Under the pieces are notes generated by a model. That model worked only from the letters and a program-made list of their open reading frames with translations, ran no database searches and had not been told where the DNA came from. The translations under genes and the position numbers were made by a program. Positions 23,576 to 36,723 of a stretch of DNA of 64,000 nucleotides are shown here, piece by piece. Origin of the DNA: Vicugna vicugna (lineage: Eukaryota); NCBI GenBank assembly GCA_013265495.1, contig MU058844.1, forward strand, positions 2,397,520 to 2,461,519, given 5' to 3'. How positions within the stretch are numbered: position 1 is the stretch's first letter; every line of letters begins with the position of its first letter.

Positions 23576-26419
23576 TTGATTCTAATAATTATTTATTATT
23601 TAATTACTTAATATTTAAGTACACTATAAAAGGCAATGTATTTTCAGTTTAAATAATTTACTTCTGAAAATAACAATAGAAAAGTTAAACATTAAAAAAA
23701 GTTACACAATGAAATATTATACTGGCTTGGAAATTTCCATGACCCATGGATAGATCCTGAGACATGGTACCATTAAAGCTGGAAGATCCTCTTTTTCTCT
23801 AACTTGATTTTATTAGTGAATCATGCCTGATACAGTCAACATTTATGACTCTAAATTAAACTATTGTCAATAAACAATACATCATCATCCAGCATATGAA
23901 AGAACTCAAGGTCAAAAATTTTACCAGAAAATCTTAGTGTATAGCAATGCTTAACTAATTTACTCCTTTAGAATTCATGAATTAATTCACTTACTTTTAT
24001 CCTCCAAATATAGGCTTTTAAATTTCAACCTTCCTTTGCTTCTGAAGCAAGATATGACTGCCTTAACACATTATTCCCCTCATCTCAGTTCAAAATGAGA
24101 TGCTCATACTAATGACATTACTCCTACATGTCCTTTTTTACCACTGCATCACACCTTAATGCAAGAGTTTATGGACTGTGGCCCTTTACTCGTCGTAGTC
24201 TACGAACAAGTATTTCTAACACTTCAACTGCCCTTCTATTTTCAGAAACAGAATTCCTGAGTTAGTTCAGTTCTACTATAAACCATTTATTGAACACTTA
24301 TGTGCTAGACACTGTACTATGTACAGATAGCAAAAAGGAAAATTCATAAATTCTATACGAATATTTATACCATCTTTATTGCCAATAGGATTTGAGATAT
24401 GTTACAGAATCCTTTTTATATAAATTTTGTCTAATAAAATTATGTTATACAAAAGGATAAAAGAATATTTCAAAATATTTTTGAAGTCATTCTAAATACA
24501 AAACTGATTTAGAAGTTGGAAAAAATGTAGCAGAAGGATACAGCTAAAATAATTATAATGCTCTTAATATTTTTAAGGATTATATTTTTTTCTAGATATT
24601 GGAGCCAAAACTATGAAAAAAATCCTTTAATTATTTGTCTCGATCATAAAATAAAATTTAATATATACATCTTTCCCAATTACTTATCATTTGGAATTTT
24701 TTATATGATGTACTAGACATTTGAGACATATGGTTTATTTTTAGGGTGAATGACTGGAAGGTTAATATTCTGTATTTTTAATTGAAGACATGTCTATGAA
24801 TTTTAGCATCTGATTAGACATTGGGTTAGATTAACAATGTTTTATGAACTGAAGTCATGATTAGTGGCCTCACTCATACCTCCATGGAGGTGGGGCTGCA
24901 AAGATAAACAGGCTAATAGTGAAATCAAAGAATAATCTAATTCAATAGAATAGTACCTCAATACAAACATATCTGAAAAGGATACTTCCAAACTATTGAA
25001 CAACTATTATGAAAACCTCCTATTTACCAGACACAAAATATGCAAAGATGAAATAAAACAGTCCCTGCCTCAAGCAAACACAGCATTATGCTCCCTTTTG
25101 AGAGCCTCTGCTCCCAACAGCTGTCCCAGGACTAACAGAGATGAGAAATATGACTCATAATGACTCCCAAAAGAGATGATTTTTCTCCTGCAACTTTTAT
25201 AAAGAAAAGCAAAATCAAGGATCACATGAACTGCTTGGCACTCACTTAATTTGAAAAACCTTCATAAACAATTCTTTTAAATTATTCCTTCTTGTCTGCT
25301 ATAATATTTACATTATATAAATAAATCTACTAATCATTAAAGTACATTGCTGGCTCATGAAATGTGAAATTAGAGTGAACAAATAAAGACTTGGAATGTC
25401 ACACCCAAAAGGTCACTGTTGGTTTAACTGCTGAATATTAACAGTAACATTACTTTTATGAAAAATTGAAAAAAAAAGCATCTGGAGCAAATACTTTGAT
25501 AAATGAAGCATTTATTTATTTTTATGAACAAAGATGACTTTCCTCTATAAAGACAAATCTCATTAGTATTAAAAAGACAATAAAACGGTAACTTGATCAA
25601 ACTGTGCCTGGAAGATAAAGTGTCAAATATATAAGTGCTATTCATCTGTGAACAACTTTTTCTCCCTTCGATAAAAACAGAGATTTTCATCATTTTCTCT
25701 GACAGGAGATAAAAATAGAATTCTGAGAAAAGCACCATTCTTTTAATAAAGTTTTTTTTTTTCTCATTGGAAACCCCAATGTCTCAGCATTCTGCTGACG
25801 TTTGTGCCTTTTTCTTTTAATAGTGCAGCTTTGTCTTTTGGGCAGCTTGCTCTGACACAGAACCAATTTATATTTGCCTAATTAGAATTCAGAAGGCAAT
25901 GAGAGGTTGGAGATCCTTTAAACTGCTTGCCAAAATCTCCCTTCATGGCTATAATTCAGATTCTCAATTCAATGAAAATTTTATTTAAAATCATCTAAAT
26001 CAAGTAAATCATGACTTGGCAAAGAAGAGTATACCATTTTGAAACTAAAACTCTCTCTCTCTCTCTCTTTTTCTCTCTCTTTATATAATGTATATATAAT
26101 ATTTTACAATGTAAAATTGGCTTGAGGATAAAAATTTCAAGTAGATGTTCACTTGAACCTCTTGCAGAGGATCAACTAAAGAATCATTAAAGTTAAAAAT
26201 TGCTTAGTCTTTTAAAATAATTTGTAATAACAGGTACATCTAAATCAGTATACTCAGGGTCTCTGTTGAGTTTCACTTTTGTGTAAGGCTTTCATTTTTC
26301 TCACTCTCCCCACCATTGGTGGTGTTCCTGGATCACACCCAAGACATCTGCTTAGCTGTGCTCTAGTCTTTAAATATGATGATGCTGAGTTTAGTGGCAC
26401 AGAATGCTTAGTGCTGGGA

Positions 26420-26565
26420 CTGGGTTGTATAATACAGTCCTGCCCCTTCTGCTCATTTGCTAACCAGATGGTCAGGGTTAGGGGCACATCTGTGACCACG
26501 AAAAAAAAATGTGTTTTCAGTGCAACCCCAATTGGCCTGAACAGAGAATGAACTCCTGGTCTCCA
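26420..26565 (-). mobile_element. MamSINE1-like ancient tRNA-derived SINE fragment
   Basis: Minus strand ggagttcattctctgttcaggccaatt...tggtcacagatgtgcccctaaccctgaccatctggttagcaaatg resembles the recalled MamSINE1 B-box and body. Confidence 0.55.
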
Positions 26566-26894
26566 TCTTGTTTATCTTGTTTTGTTAGAGTAAGGGCTAA
26601 TCAGTTCAGGTGCTAAGTCAATAAACCAAAGAAACATTAATTTTTGCCCAAGAAGAAAATAATCAGGTTAAGGGTGGTGTTTTGTTGTGGCAAAATTTAT
26701 TCAGGCCAACATCCCAGAAAGAAAACATTAAAGATTTCAAAAGTAGAGGAAAAAAGAGAGTCAGGTCCTACAAAAAAATAAATAATGAATAGCTGAAATG
26801 CTGTAGGCAGTTACACGAAATGGCAAAGAGAGAAGGAGGGACACAGTTTGGAAGTCCGGAAAAGATCCACATTGAAATATAAAAACCAGACAGT

Positions 26895-27050
26895 TACCAT
26901 GACCATAATGTTGAGCATTAGCCTAAGTGCCTTACACACATTATTTAACTTAAGTCTCAAGATATTCTTCCATAGAAGATCTCTCTAGTCACATTTTACA
27001 CACTGAGGAATCTGAGATTCAGAGAAGGTAAGTGATTCTTTCAAGATAAA
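26895..27050 (-). mobile_element. MIR SINE
   Basis: cacattttacacactgaggaatctgagattcagagaaggtaagtga core. Confidence 0.75.
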
Positions 27051-28965
27051 TCTTATAGAATCAACATTCTTAAGAATTGAAAAGAGGATAAAATAGAAAA
27101 TAAAGTTGGCAATTTAAAACTAATAGTGCTATTGAAGTGCCTACATTTTAAAATAATTGCATAAAAAAGGTAGGAATCTATTTGACTATATTAAAAAAAA
27201 AAAGAAGCTGCAGAAGATATGAGGTGGGGTGGGGACCCACCAGAACAGGTGAGCCTGTTCTGTCAAACTATTACAATTATTTACAAATCTACATGCAAGG
27301 GTGTCATCTTGATGTTCATGTCTGTGGGTGAAAATGTGCAGGGCACCTTATGAATGTAGGCAACATACGCTAAAGCAGCTGGTTCTAAAGTAAATGGCAA
27401 TTAGGGTAGCAATATAGCTGGGTAATAATAACAAAAAGAATAGGCAATGCGTTGAAATCTTGGATAAGAATAATCTGATTAAAATTCAGGCTCTTGTTGA
27501 TATTTAAGTATTAAATATTTGAGTAAAAGGTAGAAATGGGTTTTGACACCAGAAATACTTATGCACAGATAAAGCTAAAAATTCTAAGAAATGTCACAAT
27601 TTAGCCTAAATTAATGTTACATATGTCTACATAAATAATGCACATATTCAGAAGATAGAATTATTTGATATATCACATATATAATAGATACATAGCTATA
27701 TGTACAATCATGCAACTTATAAATATAATAAATGTACATATAAAATTTAGTTATCAAATATCATTCTATAGAACTGTTAATGGTATTATAGCTATTTATG
27801 TACATATATAACTTTAGATCTTGAAAATCATATGTGCCATTTATGATGATTATCCATTGTAGTTAACAGTTAATATGTTCTCTTTATCATCTTTTCAAAA
27901 CATTAAAGAGGAAAATTTTGATATTCCTTTCTTTAATTATTTAATATAAATAGGGATATATTATTAAGCTACTAAATCTGTCTCTCCTATGAGACAGGTC
28001 CATTAGGTCTGGAACTCTATGTATTTTTATATACTATTGATCTTCTGCACCAAGCACTGAGGCAGAAATATTATGAAATCTATATTTTAAAAGAAGCCAT
28101 GCCATAAAATACCTAAAACTAAAAAATCTGAAAAGCATGGGAACAAAATACTGTCAATTCTTCCTTAACAGTCATTGAGAACTAATATACCAAAATTTTG
28201 TTTTAAGAAACTAATGTCAATGAAAGAAACAAAAATTAAGATCTTAGAATAAAAAAATTGAAAGTTTGAAATAAAATTTAGAATAATAGAGTCCCTTTGA
28301 TTAAAATCACATTACTTTATAGATGTAGAAATTCTATGTGAGACAAATGCCATAGTAAGATTTGTTTTTTTAATAAAGATCTAAAACTGTATCGTAGAAT
28401 TCTGTCCCATGGATGACTGGGAATATTCTACCATTTTCTTCTTTTTGAAAAGTTGATTTGTTGACAACTACCAGAGTAACAACACTTTTATATTTGGGAG
28501 TCTCTAGCCCAGAAATAAACTACATGTGGGAAGCTTAATTGACAATGGTACAGTTAGATACTAGTACGAAAATCTGAAATACTGGTTATTCAAGAACAGG
28601 TTGGATGGGGACAAGAGGTTCTGTAGTTATTTACGACCTAATTTGGCATGGCTAACATAAATGCGATGTGCTACTTCACTATCCCATTCTTGAATCATTT
28701 TCACTGCTTGCTTTGTCCACTTGATGTAATCTAGGGAGATGTAAAACAATACAGCTTTAGCCCACTATGGATACATGATGAGAAATAGCCCCTTGCTCAT
28801 TACGTTAATGGTGGGAAAACATTTAATTTTTCATCTGCTCTTTACTTCATGAATCTTCCATAAGATCAACTCTGCTCTATTATCTTCAATTTTGCCACTT
28901 TCCTTTGACCTGCCATTTATCAGAAGATTGAATAGGTTACTTCCACAGGAAGATTTAAGTTTTCT

Positions 28966-29102
28966 GTGTATAGCACAGAGAACTTTATTCAGTATCATGT
29001 AATAACCTAGAATGGAATATAATCTGAAAAAATTAACTGGAGCACAATGCTGTACACCTGAAACTAACAATATTGTAAATCAACTATTTCAATTAAAAAA
29101 AA
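28966..29102 (+). mobile_element. Short L1 3' end with perfect 16-bp TSD
   Basis: TSD aagatttaagttttct at 28950-28965 and 29103-29118; tatagcacagagaact...gctgtacacctgaaactaaca...poly(A). Confidence 0.95.
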
Positions 29103-29379
29103 AAGATTTAAGTTTTCTCTGAAGTGAATTCAGCATTTTTTCTCATTGTCAATATGATAATTTTCTCTATACGTATCCCCTCATCTTTTCTCATTCATCT
29201 CTAGGAAACAAAAAATTGTCTCTAGGGCTAGTGTTTTATTTTATGTTTTTATTCCATTCCTTTCTGATTTTCTGTAGCTCTAAGTACCATTCACAAACCC
29301 TCTTCCTGGCACAATTTTTCTTGTACTAAATCCAAATTTTGTTTCTGTCTTTCTTTTTTCCCCTTTGAACTCAATTTCC

Positions 29380-30200
29380 TAAGAAGCATACCATCTTTCC
29401 GTTCTCATCTCTAATTCTCTAAAACTCGTGACTATTCCTGTGTAAGGAATGCCTCCAATACAGAAGAAGGGTATAAAGAATTACTTGATAGAATAGACTA
29501 GCATAATCCTACTTTTGGGAGATCCCTCTACTTATTGTCCAGATTCTTGCTGGAAACTGGTCTTTACATCATCTCTAACCTCAATCTCTGACATTGCTTG
29601 AGGGACAATACTCTGATCTATCAAAACTTGGCACAAGATCCCAGGTCTGTGTTAACTATGAGCCTGGCCATTTCTGTGGCCCTTACCCACTATGTCACAT
29701 AATTTTTTCCCACATTACTCATTCCTAACTTTTAACAAACTTCTTCATCTTGAAGCCTCACACTCAGATACAGTTTATTTCTACAGATGCTTTTGGTATT
29801 TCCACTAAATGACAGGGACTGTGATAGGCCCTGACAACACAAAACTGAAAAATTACCCTTTCTTCTCCGAGGATCAATGCCTTTGTTTCCTCTCCACTCT
29901 CCTATTGCCATAGCCTTTTGCCAGCTGGCTTCTATCATCACTGCTCTACTGGAATTGCTCTCTCAAAGACTGCCAATGGTTTCCTTGCTCCAAAATTAAG
30001 TAGTTGTTTTAAAAAAATTTAATATACTCTTTCTCCTTGACTTTCCTCCTATTTTTGGTTCTGTTGAGTATCTACTTGCAACTCTGCCACGTCATCTTGT
30101 TTATTACAATGTATTGACTGTACTCTTGCCTCACAACTGCTTCATTTTATTTTCCTTGATATTATTTTACTGACCCACCTAAGTTTCCTAATATTAGATC
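29380..30200 (+). mobile_element. L2 fragment(s)
   Basis: ctggcttctatcatcactgctctactggaattgctctctcaaagactgccaatg is an L2 motif; pyrimidine-rich. Confidence 0.55.
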
Positions 30201-31594
30201 TTGATTTTTTATTCTCACTTTGCACTGTCTTCCAAAATCAAAACAAACAACAAAAAGGATCTAACTTCAAGACTTGAATTAATGCAGAACTATATTTTAT
30301 TCATCTTGTTTTATTCATCACTAAGCATATTTTATTTATCTGTTGAGTCTGCTCTTTTACCTAAACTTTGTACCTATGAAATGAGGAGGTAGATTAAATC
30401 TTTAAGTAATCATGACCTTTAAAAATTCGATGGCAGTGTAATAGCAAATTCAACTTGTCTTTCAAGTTCCACATTTACATTTATAGTAGCTTACTTGCTT
30501 CAGCATTATCTATCTCCACTAAAATGTTCTAGTACAAAATGCTCTTAGTCTTAACACATCCATAGTTCAATGAATTATTTTTGTCTTCCAATCCAGCCCC
30601 TCTTTCATATATCCACATTTTTATTATAAATGCTTTAAACATAAACCTGAATTCAAGGGCAAGCAAAGTCTATTTGGGAAATAAATGATAAAATCTGTCT
30701 TTCTTTGAAATATTACCATTGTTTCAATCATTCAGACCTGGTATCCTAGAATAATTTTTGACTTTCTTCTTCTTTCAGATAAAAGAAGTTTCCAAATATT
30801 CTAGATTTAGCTTCAGTAATAAAAGCAATAGTAAATAATACCTGATTTTTGAATATAGACGGGAAGTTTACAGTGCTTCCTCACACATACTATCTCATTA
30901 AATGGAGAGGAGATGGGTATATAAATAAATCACAGTATTACCTCATCACAATCCTGTGAGTTTGGTCCCATTTAACAGATGAATAGGTAATTGTTTCAAT
31001 TCTTAATATGGAAACATTTAGTGATTGTTTCTGCTCAATAAACTGAAAATGTACTATAGGGTCTAGATGCATTCTGCTTATTTAAAGATATAACTGAGAC
31101 TAACAATATGGAAGCTAAATACTGAAGAATAAAATTTGCCCACAAAAAAGAAAAAAAATGTTTAAATTTATGCTCCTGAGACCTCTTAAGTTTAAAACTG
31201 TCTGGAGGAAAATGCATTAGTTTGATTTACTTAGGAGATACAAAATTTTAGCTCAAAAAACCTCTGTTGAGTGCACCAGATATAGTGAACATTTGAAAGC
31301 TTGCTCTCTCTTTCAAGTTCCTAAAGAGAGGTCCCTTGTCAAGCTTCAAGAAAGATGTGAAACTATCAGATTTGTTTTCATATGAGAATCCTATGAGTCA
31401 AAAAAATGTAAGACCTACAGCAAGAAAGGATGAAGGTGTTGTGCTGTGTGTGTGTACGTGAGCATGTGTGTTTATATATGTGTGTAGAGTAGCATGAAAA
31501 AGCAAAGACTATGCCATGCCATTTATTGGAACATGCAAAAGATGATGCTAACGTTGATCAATTCTCAATTCTCAGATTTAAAAAAAAGTTAAGA

Positions 31595-32142
31595 AATGGC
31601 CAAAACATGGAAACAACCTAAATGTCCATCAACAGATGACTGGATAAAGAAGCTGTGGTATATTTATACAATAGAATACTACTCAGCCAGAAAAAGTAAT
31701 AAAATAATGCCATTTGCAGCAACATGGATGGACCTGGAGATTGTCATTCTAAGTGAAGTAAGCCAGAAAGAGAGAAAAATACCATATGATACCACTTATA
31801 TGTAGAATCAAAATTTTAAAAAAAGACAAATGAACTTATTTACAAAACAGAAACAGACTCATAGACACAGAAAACAAATTTAAGGTTACCAGGGGGAGAG
31901 GGGTGGGAAAGGATAAACTGGGAGTTCAATTTGCAGATACTAACAAATATAAAATAGATAAACAAAAAGTTTATACTGTATAGCACAGGAAACTATATTC
32001 AATATCTTGTAGTAACTTACGGTGAAAATGAATATATGCATGTTCATGTATGACTGAAGCATTATGCTGTACACCAGAAACTGACACAACATTGTAAATT
32101 GACTATATATATATATACACACACACACAGACACACAATAAA
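31595..32142 (+). mobile_element. 5'-truncated L1: ORF2 C-terminus and 3'UTR, tail converted to (TA)n(CA)n
   Basis: ORF 31596-31805 AKTWKQPKCPSTDDWIKKLWYIYT..YYSA..FAATWMDLE..ILSEVSQ is the L1 ORF2p end; candidate TSD aagaaat (31591-31597 and 32143-32149) after TT. Confidence 0.95.
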
Positions 32143-33984
32143 AAGAAATATATGCATGTACATGTGAAATACACATACACACAAACATACACGGGTGCTT
32201 CTTCATCTCACCAACTGTATATATGTGCTCCTTTCTTATGTGATGTCTTTGGCACACTTTCAAATGGATTTCATTTAATTAAATTTGGAACTTTCATGGG
32301 GAAAACTTTCTAGTCTCTTAATTTCACCTTTGACAGTGGCAAACATAGCTATTTGCATACTTACTATTCCTAACAACACAAGAAATTTAGCATTTGCATT
32401 CACTATTAAAAAGAGAGGTGAAAAACACTGCACATTTTATGAGCACCGAAGTCACAATTTTCAGTTGTCCTTCCACTAAGGAAATTTGTGGCCTCTGAGC
32501 AATACAATACAGCCTTCTGTACTGGGGGACAAATTACACATACGAAGTTCCTTGCCTTACAAAAACAATACAACATGTTTATTTTACTGAGGTTTTAATT
32601 TTTTTCTTCTGTATTATCAAAAAATGAACATACTAAATAATCAGTAAGTAGACTGGCTTCTGTCAAACCTGATAGCCACATAGTTTGTGTGTGCATATGT
32701 GTAAGAGAAAGAGAGAGAGATCCAAAGAGAGAGATCTGAAGAGAAATGGCTGTAAAATGTGTGAGTCTTAGCTCATTAACATTCCAGAAGAGTGATGAAT
32801 TCAAAATGGTATTTCAATGCTATTGAAGCATTATCTCCTTTACTGCTAATGTTTTTAAAAGTTAAACTTTTTCACAGAGTCAGAAATAGCTAGATTCCAT
32901 GCAGAAGAATGAAAGAAAAATAAAAGAGCGTCTGGCACGGTATATTCAAGGAATCCTAAACACATGATGATCCACTATTCCCTTCAGTTCATGAACCATA
33001 TGTTCTGCTTTCCTGTCTAGGGGAGATGTAACAGTTGACATCTGGAAGGCTTTTTCTGCCCTTAATTAAAAAAAAAATCCTGTCTTAAATAAAGCTGAAA
33101 TATTAGAAGTGATATAGAAATGTAGAAGCATGCTTTTGACTAGCAGCAGTACTAAAATTTCAATATAAAACCCATTGGTTATATATTTTATATCCAGTTT
33201 ACTCAGCATAAATGAGGTCTGGAGTCTCTGTGTATTAAGAAAAGCTCAATTAAATAAGCTAGTAAAAATAGACATTCATTTTCTAACTCAAAACATTTCT
33301 CATTTGCAAAAAAAAAAAAATAAAGGTGAACACTCATTTTAATCCCTCAGATCAGAAGTAACATATGATATAGAAATTCAGAACCAAAAATGTGTTTGAT
33401 AGCTAAATTTGGCATAAATCTTGCTTACTTGATTAATGAACAGAGTTATTTTAATCAGCAAGTGCACTGGATACCATGACATAACCATGACCCAGATATG
33501 TGAGGCTGACTTTTAAACGCCTCCAGCTGTCTCTAATATACTTGCTTCACCTTAAAATCTGAAAATAGGTATAACATGAAGGGGTGTCATCAGTGTTAAG
33601 AAGTTTAAACACAGCATCATTAAATAGTATCTGAGGAAAATCTAGTCTGAATAGTATTTACCTTAAAAAGTCAGAAAAATCAAGTAGTTCTATATATTTC
33701 ATTTCATCAAAAAGATATCGAGTGTCATATATGAAGAAACTCACAGAAGTTGTTAGAATAAATCTGACATACCATAAATCAAGCTTTTTCCACAAACAAA
33801 AAGATTTTTATGTAGCTAAATTAATGCTCTAACATCAATTTTATAATTAAAGTCAACTTTAAGACAACTTACATTCAAAATTTGCTTTGAATATTATGTT
33901 GGAAAATCCACCCCCCACAAAACTTTATAATAATATCCTGTTTTATATTTACTGTGAGTCATCAACTCTGCATAGGAGCACATA

Positions 33985-34192
33985 GCATATTCCACAGCTA
34001 ATTTGGTAGCCACTAACCACATGTGGATATTTAAATTTCAAGTAATTAAAATTCCATAAAATTTAAAAATTCAGTCCCTTGGTTCCTCACATTTTATGCA
34101 TTCATCACACACACATGGCCAATGGTTATTGTATTGGGCAGCACAGATATAGAACATTTCCATGTGGCAGAAAGTTCTATTGGACAAGGTTG
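33985..34192. mobile_element. MER3 hAT-Charlie DNA transposon
   Basis: ggtagccactaaccacatgtgg...cagcacagatatagaacatttcc...gcagaaagttctattggaca. Confidence 0.85.
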
Positions 34193-34239
34193 TAAATAGA
34201 GTCCTGGAAAGGATTTCAGGGGTAGGCACTCAGAATTTC

Positions 34240-34480
34240 AGGAAGTGTTAAAAATGGCAGAATTATTTAGCCTGGAAAGAAGAAAGAGGGCTGGCCTCAT
34301 AATAGTCTTTGAATGATAGAAAGGATACAAAGAGAGACAACCAGCTGTTTTTCATATACTGGGTAGAGACAGGAGGAATTGATTTAAAATATAGTGGAGG
34401 GATTGAGGTTAAATAGAAAAAGTGAGGATTATTAAAAAAGTGAATGACATACAGGAAACCTCCTCCATGGCTTTCTACAA
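34240..34480 (+). mobile_element. CR1/L3 LINE 3' fragment
   Basis: tttagcctggaaagaagaaag...agtctttgaa...gattgaggttaaatagaaaaa resemble L3. Confidence 0.6.
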
Positions 34481-34569
34481 GAAAGCCACATACCTAGTAA
34501 AATCTGTTAATATTTATCATTGATAATTAAGCCAAACACTTAGATCTCTTTTCTAAACTCAGAGAAATG

Positions 34570-35172
34570 CAGTTAGTTAATTAATCAATACTTACTGGAC
34601 AAGTACTACATATCAGGAAATGTACGAGAGAGAGAGGATGTACAGCAGGAGCACTAAACTCAATTTACCTAATGCCTCCTCCAGGAAGGGAGATAATAAA
34701 TACATAAACAGTTTCAGGTATTACAACGGGGTGAGGGAAAAGGCAAAATATAATTTTGCGGAAGTAATGGTGGGTAGTACATGAATTTGGGAAGTCAAGG
34801 AAGGACTATTTGAAGAGTTGATATTTGTGTTGAGATTTCTGTCGAGAGGAGGAGACAACCCTGAGAGAATCAGATAATCTAGAGGTAGACTGCTTTAAGC
34901 AGAAGACACAGGAAGTGCCAAACCCTCAAACTTCACACATTAAAGGGAAAATAAAAGTCACTGTGTTTGGAGAATAATAAAGGAAAAGAGTGGCTTGAGA
35001 TGAGCTGGAGATACATGTAGGAGCCAGTTCACGTAGGGCCTTGTGAGCCATGATACGGAGTTAGATGTTGTTCTGGTTGCAACAGAAAGCCAGCATTTAA
35101 CAAGATCATTCCAGCTCTTCTTTGACAGCTGGGATGTGCAGTTATGAGGGGATGAGAGGGGCAGAGAGGGCA
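34570..35172 (-). mobile_element. L2 fragment
   Basis: gtcaaggaaggactatttgaagagttgatatttgtgttgaga, tagggccttgtgagccatg. Confidence 0.75.
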
Positions 35173-35174
35173 CA

Positions 35175-36723
35175 GCTTATCTATTTTATGCATAATATGT
35201 ATCTGTTAATCCCATTCTCCTAATATGTCCCTCCCTACTACCTCCCTTTCCCCTTTGGTAATGATAAATTTGTTTTCTATTTATGTGAGTTGGTTTCTGT
35301 TTTGTATAAAGATTCATTTTACTATTTTTAGATTTTGTGGTTTCATATAAATTTTAAGATTATTTGTTCTAGTCCTGTGAAAAATGTCATGAGTATTTTG
35401 ATACGGATTGCACTAAATGTGTAGATTGCCTCAGGTAGGATGGCCATTTTAACAATATTAATTCTGTCAATCCAAGAGCATGGGTTGGTTATCTTTCCAT
35501 TTTTTGAATCATCTTCATTTCCTTTATCAATGTTCTATAGTTTTCAGCATATTATTAGCTTAAGTGTATTCCTAGGTACTTTTTACATAATTTTAAATGT
35601 AATTAACATTTTTTCTCTAATATTTCATTGCTAGCGTAGAGAAATCCAACAGATTTTTGTATATTAATCTTATTTCCTGCTACCTCGCTGAATCAGTTTA
35701 TTAGTTCTAATAATATTTGTGTGGCGACTTTAGGGTTCTCTATAGAGTTTCATGTCATCTGCAAATAATGACAGTTTCACCTCTTCCTTTCCAATCTGGA
35801 TATCTTTTATATCTTTTTCTTGTCTGATTGCTGTGGCTAAGACGTCCAATACCATGATGAATAGAAATGGTGAAAGTGGGCATCCTTGTCTTCTTCTTGA
35901 ATTTAGTGGGAAAGTTTTCAGCTTTTCACCATTGAGTATTGTGTTGGCTGTAGAACTGTTGTAAATGGCTTTTATTACGTTGAGATATGTTTCCTCTATA
36001 CACACCATGGCAAGAGTTTTTGTCATGAATATATACTGAATTTTGTCAAATGTTTTTCTGAGTCTGCTGAGATGATCATGTGGTTTTTGTCTTTCCATTT
36101 CTTTATGTCGTGCGTCATACTGATCTCCTTACAACATTGGAGTGAATGCAACTTAATCACAGTGCATGATTCTTTTCATGTATTGTTTGATTTGGTTTGC
36201 TGTATTTTTGTTGAGGATATTTGCATCTATATTCATTCAAGATATTGGTCTGTAATTTCCTTTTTTTCTAGTGTCTTTGTCTTGTTGGTGTCTTGTTTGG
36301 TATGGTGGCTTCATAGATTAAATTTGGGAGTGTTTTCTCCTTTTCAATTTTTGGGAATAGTTTGAGGAGGATAGGTATAAGTTCTCTGTATGTTTGGTAG
36401 AATCATGCTGTGAAGCCATCTGGTCCTGGACTTTTGTTTGAAAGGAGGTTTCTTTATTATTATTATTACTACAGATTCTAATTCACTTCTAGTGATCAGT
36501 CTGTTCAAGTTATCTGATTCTTCTTTACTCAGTTTTGGCAGGCTTTAAGTTTTGAGGAATTTGTCCATTTTTTCTAGGTTGTCTAATTTGTTGACTTTAA
36601 CCACTCATAATATTCTCTTATTATTTTTTGTATTTCTGTGGTATCAGTTGTTATTTTTCCTCTTTCATTTCTTATGTTATTTATTTGGGTCCTCTCTCTT
36701 TTCTTCTTAGTAATCCTGGCTAG
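35175..36723 (-). mobile_element. L1 fragment with ORF2 reverse-transcriptase remnant and internal deletion
   Basis: ORF 35730-36098 contains [18 protein letters not shown] and LSLFADDM (L1 RT motifs); 35175-35335 is antisense 3'UTR. Confidence 0.95.

Noticed and set aside
27241..27262. Perfect 9-bp hairpin cagaacagg-tgag-cctgttctg
   Set aside because: Roughly one such stem is expected by chance in 64 kb, and there is no supporting context.
35730..36098. Reverse-transcriptase ORF as a novel RT system or domesticated gene
   Set aside because: It is an ordinary decayed LINE-1 RT fragment, frameshifted at both ends and embedded in antisense L1 sequence.
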